Assembly (NCBI GenBank): GCA_052246995.1
Contig: JBQPWD010000005.1
Span: 32,001 to 96,000, forward strand
DNA length: 64,000 bases
From: Candidatus Bathyarchaeota archaeon
GTDB taxonomy: Archaea; Thermoproteota; Bathyarchaeia; Hecatellales; Hecatellaceae
Direction of reading: 5' to 3'
The notes under the pieces are model-generated. The model had not been told where the DNA came from. It ran no database searches and saw only the letters and a program-made list of their open reading frames with translations. Made by a program: the position numbers and the translations under genes. Below, piece by piece: positions 57,788 to 64,000 of this stretch (the stretch's first letter is position 1; every line of letters starts with the position of its first letter).

Positions 57788-58414
57788 CTAGGTTTTTTGA
57801 ACCTCCTTGTAAAGAAGAGTTATGTTGTCAATCCATTTGGAATGATTAAACCAGTCAACAACCCTAATCTTATCTTCCGGAACTCTGTAAAGGTTGCATA
57901 GATCCTTTTTCAGGTTTTCAGACCTAACAACAATCTTATCAGCCACATACATTCCAAGCCACTCTAAACTTTTGATTGCAACACTTAATGGTGTTTCAGA
58001 GAAATTTGACCTGTAATCCTCTATGGTGTGAAGTGTAAAAACTAAAGGTATGTCGAAGGCTTTTTTTAATGACACTGCGGCGCTAACTGTTAACCATTCT
58101 TGTGCATCAATCAATGTTTGGTCAGTGCCTTCCTTTTCAAGTATTTCTACAACAGCTTTCTCAAAATTTCCGTTTAAAGTTAAGCTCCAAGTTAAAATGT
58201 TGGTGTGGTGGGAGACAGGATTGTTAACCCTAAAAACTTTTACCCCATCTTCACAGTGGGATAACCCGTTTAAAGAGTCATGGTATGTTACAACATATAC
58301 GTTAAACCCCTTTCTTGCAAGATTTGACGCTAAGCTGTTAACGTAAATTGCCATTTCCCCAACTATTCTTGGGGGAAACTCCCATGAAAGAATAATAACG
58401 TTCAAGAAAACCAA
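57788..58414 (-). CDS. Stand-alone GT4 N-terminal domain
   Basis: WEFPPRIVGE, DAQEW; no C-terminal nucleotide-sugar domain. Confidence 0.8.
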   Translation of the reverse strand: MVFLNVIILSWEFPPRIVGEMAIYVNSLASNLARKGFNVYVVTYHDSLNGLSHCEDGVKVFRVNNPVSHHTNILTWSLTLNGNFEKAVVEILEKEGTDQTLIDAQEWLTVSAAVSLKKAFDIPLVFTLHTIEDYRSNFSETPLSVAIKSLEWLGMYVADKIVVRSENLKKDLCNLYRVPEDKIRVVDWFNHSKWIDNITLLYKEVQKT

Positions 58415-58625
58415 CCCTAAGCTAAGGTTTTAGGGTGTTAAACCCTTGATGCTGAATTTTGGTATATTTTGTCTCTATGAAAAAGAAGTTACTTTCAAGA
58501 TTAAAAAACTTACCATAAATTTAGTTAATTAATTACTGTAACGTTTTTTAAAAATTGCACAAAAATACATAAATATAGAATAATAGTATATTCACATAAA
58601 AGTAAACAATTCTAGGTGTTTTTAA

Positions 58626-59831
58626 ATGTCCAAGCTAGAATGGGTACTTGCATATTTTGACGGAGATGAGCTTGAGGGAAATCCTAGGTATAAATATGAA
58701 TATGAAAAGCATTGGGCTATAGGATTTACCCAGTACCTTTTATACCTTTACACCAAGTATAAACCTTTAGGAGTTGTTTACCTCTCCGGACAAGATAGGC
58801 GGAGTAAACCACTCTACCTGATAAGTCTTGGACACTTTCAAGACATAGATACAGAAATAGATTATGAGAGCTGTAAAAGAAAGGGAATTATTGTTTCACG
58901 TAGGGTTGGTGTTGGCGGGGGAACTATTATTGGCGGACCATGGGGTATGGCACACATCTCCCTTTGTGACTGGTCTAGGGAGGAGAATAAGAAGATTTTT
59001 CCTGATATGGATACTGCCTTTGGCAAAATTGGTCAGCTTATAGTTAGAACATACCAGTATCTTGGTGTTAAAAATGCATGGTATAAGCATATTGGAGATG
59101 TTAGAGTTGGATTAGAAAACAGGAAAATTACTGGTTTTGGTTTTACAACTGTTGCAAACTTCTTGGCAATGAATCAAACTATAGGAATAGGTAAGCCTGA
59201 CCTTGACTACTTTATAGATGTTGTTAGGATTCCTGAAGAGAAAATTAAGGATAAGCCGTATAAAACTATTGAAGAATACCTTTATGCAGGAATGACAAGT
59301 GTTGAACAGGAAACAGGAAGAAAACCCAGTAATGATGAGGTTAAAAACGCTCTTATCAAGGCTTATGATGAAGTTTTAGGTGTAAAACTTGTTGAACATA
59401 AAATTACCGATGAAGATGTAAACTTCTGGCTAGATTTATATGAAAAAGCGGAAAAAGAGATTGGAGACAAACAGCTTTTCATGGTTAGCAGCTCTAAAAG
59501 GTTTTCCAGCATACCTGAAGACTGCATGTTAGGGTTTGCCAGACATAAAGCAAGAAAACTAATAGTAGCCCATGTCCTAGTTAACAAGGAAGGGATAATT
59601 AAAGATGTAATGCTTTCAGGAGATTTCTACTGTAAACCGTTTGAGTATGCTGAAAAAATCGAGAAAAACTTAAAAGGTGTAAATGTAAACGACAAGGATA
59701 CAATGATTAAAAAAGTTAAGGAAGTCTGTAGCTTAAAAGAGTGGGAAGCACCACTAGTTGAAGCTGAAGATTTTGTTGAAGCAGTGTTTAACGCAGGTTT
59801 AAATGCATACAAAAAACTTACAGGCAAATAG
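58626..59831 (+). CDS. lplA: Lipoate-protein ligase A family with C-terminal domain
   Basis: SLG.FQ...E.D...C...GI...RR..GGGT, D.....RKI.G, SGDF. Confidence 0.82.
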   Translation: MSKLEWVLAYFDGDELEGNPRYKYEYEKHWAIGFTQYLLYLYTKYKPLGVVYLSGQDRRSKPLYLISLGHFQDIDTEIDYESCKRKGIIVSRRVGVGGGTIIGGPWGMAHISLCDWSREENKKIFPDMDTAFGKIGQLIVRTYQYLGVKNAWYKHIGDVRVGLENRKITGFGFTTVANFLAMNQTIGIGKPDLDYFIDVVRIPEEKIKDKPYKTIEEYLYAGMTSVEQETGRKPSNDEVKNALIKAYDEVLGVKLVEHKITDEDVNFWLDLYEKAEKEIGDKQLFMVSSSKRFSSIPEDCMLGFARHKARKLIVAHVLVNKEGIIKDVMLSGDFYCKPFEYAEKIEKNLKGVNVNDKDTMIKKVKEVCSLKEWEAPLVEAEDFVEAVFNAGLNAYKKLTGK

Positions 59832-59938
59832 TATCGTAAATTGTTTTTTCATTTCCCCTAATTTTCCATTTTTATAAAGGTTAATTTTAAAAAGAGAAAA
59901 AGTAAAAATTTACTAAAATTTCTTATTAGTGTTTAAAG

Positions 59939-60871
59939 GTGGGTAAGTTGGAGGTTAAGAAAATTTCTAAAGAGCTTTATCTTTTAGACCCTACCCCTCC
60001 AATTGAGGGGTTTAAAGGTTTTCTTGCATCCTACATTCTTCTGGGTGAAAAAGTTTTATTATTTGAAACCGGGCCTACATGTGTAGTTGAGAGTGTTTTA
60101 GAGGGGTTAAGAGAAATTAGTGTTCCACCTAAAGATGTTTCATATGTTGTTGTAAGCCATATTCATATTGACCATGCTGGAGGTGTAGGGACACTACTAA
60201 AACGTTTGCCAAACGCAAAACTTGTTGTTCATGAAAATGGTGTATCTCACATGGTAGACCCTCAAAAACTCTGGGAAAGCACTAAGAAGGCTTTAGGCAG
60301 CCTTGCTGAAGCCTACGGTGTAATTGAACCTGTACCCGTGGAAAGAATAGTTACTGGTGTGGAGGGTTTAACGTTAAACCTTGGAGGGGAATGTAATGTT
60401 AAAGTTTTAGAAACACCTGGTCATGCACCCCACCATCTAAGCCTGTACAGGGAAGATGTTGGGGAAATCTTTCTTGGTGAAGCTGGAGGAGTATATATTA
60501 GCTATTTAGATGCTCTTAGACCTTCAACTCCTCCACCAGGATTTAATTTTACTCAAAGTTTAGCTTCACTAGAAAAGATTAAAAAGTTAAAACCTAAAAG
60601 GTTATGTTACAGCCATTTTGGTGTTACTGACAAAATTGAAAAACTTGACTTTTACGGTGAAAAACTTAAGTTATGGATAAACATGGCCTTAAAAGGTTAC
60701 AGGGAAGGTAGAACAAGTGTAGACGTTTTTAATGAAATTTTAGCTGTAGATGCGGATGCTAAAAAACTTGCAAAACATGAAAGAGAAAGATTTTTCATGA
60801 TAAACAGTATTGAAGGAATGATTTTTTACCTTAAAAAATACGGCTACCCTGGTGAAAACGTCAAAACTTAA
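59939..60871 (+). CDS. Metallo-beta-lactamase fold hydrolase
   Basis: SHIHIDHAGG, TPGHA.HH, SHFG. Confidence 0.92.
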   Translation: MGKLEVKKISKELYLLDPTPPIEGFKGFLASYILLGEKVLLFETGPTCVVESVLEGLREISVPPKDVSYVVVSHIHIDHAGGVGTLLKRLPNAKLVVHENGVSHMVDPQKLWESTKKALGSLAEAYGVIEPVPVERIVTGVEGLTLNLGGECNVKVLETPGHAPHHLSLYREDVGEIFLGEAGGVYISYLDALRPSTPPPGFNFTQSLASLEKIKKLKPKRLCYSHFGVTDKIEKLDFYGEKLKLWINMALKGYREGRTSVDVFNEILAVDADAKKLAKHERERFFMINSIEGMIFYLKKYGYPGENVKT

Positions 60872-61082
60872 ACTATTTGAGCAATAACCTAAACGGTAAA
60901 ACCAAAAGGTTAATCCTTCAACTTTAGCTCTTTTTCAATCTATCCTGGAAATAAAAATTTCATCTAACAATCCAGAAAACAATTTTTAAGTGTTTTATTC
61001 AAAATCTAAATTTTTTGGGCGTGTCATAATTTTTCCCTTCAAATTTCACTTACCTTAACTTGTTAAGATGCTTATTTAACGT

Positions 61083-61844
61083 TTAGAAATCCCTTTCAAC
61101 ATGTCTTGTTAGTAGACGGTAAATTATGAACCAGGGTGTATCTACTATAGTTAAGATGCATTTAGCAAGCGTCCCTGCCAGTATAAACGAGAGTAACACC
61201 TCATTAGGAACTACAAAAGCAAATGCCAGTGGGAAGAATATTAAGCTGTCAAGCACCATGTTAACAACATCACTAGATAGAGATCGGCATGTTACAAAAG
61301 CTGTAATGGATTTAAGTGAGCTATAGGGGTTTTCTTTAAACCTACGTGCAAAATACAGTTTAAGTGACGCAAATACTTTAGCATCTATAAGCTCAACGGT
61401 TATAAACGCTATAAACGAGGCTATAACTATTCGAGGTGCTTGTAGAAAGAAGAAACGCCATGCCTCTTCCATTCCAGTTAACCATGGTGCTGGCGGTTCT
61501 AGTGCACTTATGTAAATGAAGCTTACAAGTAAGATGTTTGTAAAAAAAGCTGTTAGAATAGCAGTGTACGTCTTCCTCCAACCGTATATTTCATTAATCA
61601 TATCTATGATTTGGGCACAAAATGGGAAAATGATGGTTCCACCAGCTAAAGCTAATGTTGTAAAACCAAGGTCAACAAGCATAATTCTTGAAGCAAGTAT
61701 GTTAGCTGCAAGTATGTATGAAACGTAAATAGCGGTTAACAGAGGATAACCCAGTTCCCTCCTCCTTTTAACAATATAGGCTCCGAGAAATGTTGAAATA
61801 GTCAACCCAAGAGCCCATATAATCCAGACCAGCATACTACCCAC
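61083..61844 (-). CDS. yhhQ: Queuosine/7-deazaguanine precursor transporter (YhhQ/Vut_1)
   Basis: AN..A, G...FP....D..NE.YG, PRI..AS..AF, RS..S....Q/M..DS..F. Confidence 0.9.
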   Translation of the reverse strand: MGSMLVWIIWALGLTISTFLGAYIVKRRRELGYPLLTAIYVSYILAANILASRIMLVDLGFTTLALAGGTIIFPFCAQIIDMINEIYGWRKTYTAILTAFFTNILLVSFIYISALEPPAPWLTGMEEAWRFFFLQAPRIVIASFIAFITVELIDAKVFASLKLYFARRFKENPYSSLKSITAFVTCRSLSSDVVNMVLDSLIFFPLAFAFVVPNEVLLSFILAGTLAKCILTIVDTPWFIIYRLLTRHVERDF

Positions 61845-61868
61845 CTTAACAGCAACAAAATAGTTTAC

Positions 61869-62609
61869 TCATTTTACACCACACTCACCAGTTTTACATT
61901 TCTCATCAACAACAGGATGATGCTCGTATTTTGTCTTGTCTGGAATGTTAGCTAAGATGAATGCTTTATGCCTGTTTACACAACTTTCACATGAACCACA
62001 ATGATACCTTTTACTTAAATAACAAGACCATGTATTGTAAACAAGCTTACCTATAATTCTATATCCACGTATGAGGTTTCTAGCCTTATCCATGCCTTCC
62101 TTGTTTGGACACCAAATTGTAACCTTTGTTTCCTTTGAGGGTATGTGTCCTTTGTTAAGCATTTCTTCAAGTGAAGATATAAAGGGAAGGGAACAATCAG
62201 GGTATAATGGTTCATCGTTTACCATCTTAACATCATCAGATTGGGCTCCGTAAAGAATGACGTTAGCTCCAATAGAGTATGCATAGACAGCAGCTATTGT
62301 CAGGAAAACGGCGTTTCGTAGAGGGACAACAACAGTAGGTTCATACTCTTTCTTAACTTTAACTTTTACATCTGTTAACTGTGTCTTACGCCAAAAGTTA
62401 AGCATAAAAGATATGTTGACGATTTTAGGTTGTTCAAATTTAAGTTTGCCGCATAACCTTCTTGCAACTTGGACTTCTTTATATCCTTTCTGCGCGTAAC
62501 AAAAGATAATAGGGTAGATGCTGTATCCTTTAGCTTGCCATTGAACCGTGTAGCATATCGAGTCTAATCCACCTGATACAACAGCCACGGCTTTAGGTTT
62601 TTTATTCAA
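61869..62609 (-). CDS. queC: 7-cyano-7-deazaguanine synthase
   Basis: SGGLDS, VP.RN, YPDC, TWSCY...HCG.C.SC..R. Confidence 0.93.
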   Translation of the reverse strand: MNKKPKAVAVVSGGLDSICYTVQWQAKGYSIYPIIFCYAQKGYKEVQVARRLCGKLKFEQPKIVNISFMLNFWRKTQLTDVKVKVKKEYEPTVVVPLRNAVFLTIAAVYAYSIGANVILYGAQSDDVKMVNDEPLYPDCSLPFISSLEEMLNKGHIPSKETKVTIWCPNKEGMDKARNLIRGYRIIGKLVYNTWSCYLSKRYHCGSCESCVNRHKAFILANIPDKTKYEHHPVVDEKCKTGECGVK

Positions 62610-62882
62610 TAAATAACCACCATCACACAGTTTAGGCTAATAAGTATAGGGGATTTAATTTACCTAACTTTTTCTTCTTTAACCTATTAAGTACTTTCAG
62701 AGTAAACATGATTCCAGCAACCTGAAGACTTAACCTCTTGGTTATGTAGAGACTTGTATCCTTAGATTTTAGATGTGTGTTCATCAGTAGTGTAAATGGT
62801 TTTCTTGCAACATGTAAAAAGTAAGAAACTAACTTATTGTTTAAGCCAATTCGTTTTAAAGCTGTAGGCTACGTTTAAACTT

Positions 62883-63869
62883 TTAAGTTTTTATGTACCA
62901 TGGCTCCATTATCATTGCTGGACATTTTTGCTTTAATTTACAGCTTCCACAGTCTCTAGGATGATACATACAGCCTGCAGCTGTTGCGTATTTAGCTGCA
63001 ACTCTTGCTTCCTCGCTTTTGTATTTTGATATTTCCTCAGCTTTTACTTTACATTTATAAGGATACCAACCAGAAAAGGAAACGTTTTTCACTCCAGTTT
63101 TTTTAACTTCTTTAACAAGATTTTTCATTAATTTTTTGCTTGGCCCGGGATGGTAATAGGTGATAAAGTTGGGACGATAGGCAATCAGCCTGTAGGGGGT
63201 TTCAGGATTTATTGATGCTAAAAATTCTGCTATTTTTAAAACTTGGGTTTCATTAATTTTAGGAATTACCACAGTTCTTACTACTCTTATTTTTTCTGGA
63301 AATTCCTTTACAAGGATTTTCAGGTTACTTAAAACAGTTTCTACAGGAGCACCAGTTATAGCCCTATGAACTTCTTCATCAAATGCTTTTATTTCAAAAT
63401 TTACCCAATCTACTTTGTTTAAAATTTCTTTAAATCTTTTTGAAAAGCCGTTTGTTGCGATTCCAACTTTTATATTGCCTATTTTTTCTTTAGCTAAATT
63501 TATAACTTCTTTTATGTATGGCCAATGTATTGTAGGTTCTCCACCAGTAAAGCTTAATGAATTAACATTTAACATTCTTGATTTTTCAGATTCATATAAC
63601 TTTATTACCTCATTTACAAGATCCTCTGGAACTAAAAATCCCTTGTAAAACCATCCAACGTCAGGATATTGAGATAATCTATACGCGTTACAGTATATGC
63701 ACCTAAAGCAACAACCAAGCATTGTAACTGTTATGCTTCTTGTTGTGTAAGATATGTTTAGATAGGCAACTTCAGAAATGTCAACCCTACATACTCCAGG
63801 TTCTTTAAGCCTGTTTACTCTACAGTTCCAAGCACATAATTCACATTTTTTAAAATCGTCAATCCACAT
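62883..63869 (-). CDS. Radical SAM protein (PflX/PFL-activase-like) with extra Cys clusters
   Basis: CELCAWNC, GCCFRCIYC, FTGGEP, ATNG, C-terminal C...CGSC....C. Confidence 0.85.
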   Translation of the reverse strand: MWIDDFKKCELCAWNCRVNRLKEPGVCRVDISEVAYLNISYTTRSITVTMLGCCFRCIYCNAYRLSQYPDVGWFYKGFLVPEDLVNEVIKLYESEKSRMLNVNSLSFTGGEPTIHWPYIKEVINLAKEKIGNIKVGIATNGFSKRFKEILNKVDWVNFEIKAFDEEVHRAITGAPVETVLSNLKILVKEFPEKIRVVRTVVIPKINETQVLKIAEFLASINPETPYRLIAYRPNFITYYHPGPSKKLMKNLVKEVKKTGVKNVSFSGWYPYKCKVKAEEISKYKSEEARVAAKYATAAGCMYHPRDCGSCKLKQKCPAMIMEPWYIKT

Positions 63870-64000
63870 AATCTTTAACTCCTAATCAACCCTAAAAAAG
63901 CACTTTATACATTTAACGTCTATGAAAAAGTAATGAAGAAGCTGGTTTAAGTTTAGCAAAACTTTTTTGATTACTCTTTTTTGAGTAGCAACTCTTTTAT

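Noticed and set aside
474-63648. Numerous 60-140 aa ORFs overlapping longer genes on the opposite strand or in other frames
   Set aside because: Shadow ORFs without motifs, fully overlapping well-supported genes
1-64000. CRISPR array, DGR or retron
   Set aside because: No regularly spaced repeat-spacer series, reverse transcriptase or TR/VR pair was seen by eye

Overview
Archaeal chromosome segment, most likely Thermoproteota/Bathyarchaeia-like. This is inferred from BHB-intron tRNAs, a NosD/CASH-repeat surface protein, KaiC/GvpD-like ATPases, a DUF35-thiolase pair and TRAM/SSB genes. Bases 1-~18.4 kb hold the morphogenesis half of an HK97-fold, siphovirus-like provirus, all on the minus strand (TerS, TerL, portal, protease, MCP, neck, tail tube, chaperones, short tape measure, hub). 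It runs off the left edge and abuts the 5' end of a tRNA-Leu(CAG). Several signals in the provirus are missed by the ORF track. (i) A ~155-nt structured RNA between the protease and capsid genes, with a box C/D-type kink-turn hairpin and a 7-bp loop-loop complementarity. (ii) A ~320-bp element with 66-bp inverted arms and internal palindromes between terS and terL, next to an RHH gene. (iii) A UUU-CGN +1 frameshift in the tail chaperone. (iv) A radical SAM plus Trm1/TcmP-like methyltransferase pair. (v) An RNase HI broken by a 4-nt insertion, duplicated Zn-finger microproteins and a Lys-rich micropeptide. The remaining 45 kb is host DNA: decayed TA modules, a FmdE-ABC operon with a NikR-like box, purSLQ, feoAB, a partly deleted acyl-CoA catabolic region, a two-intron tRNA-Trp whose second intron carries C/D-type guides, a glycogen cluster, and queC/yhhQ. 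All family assignments come from motif recognition by eye; no searches were run.
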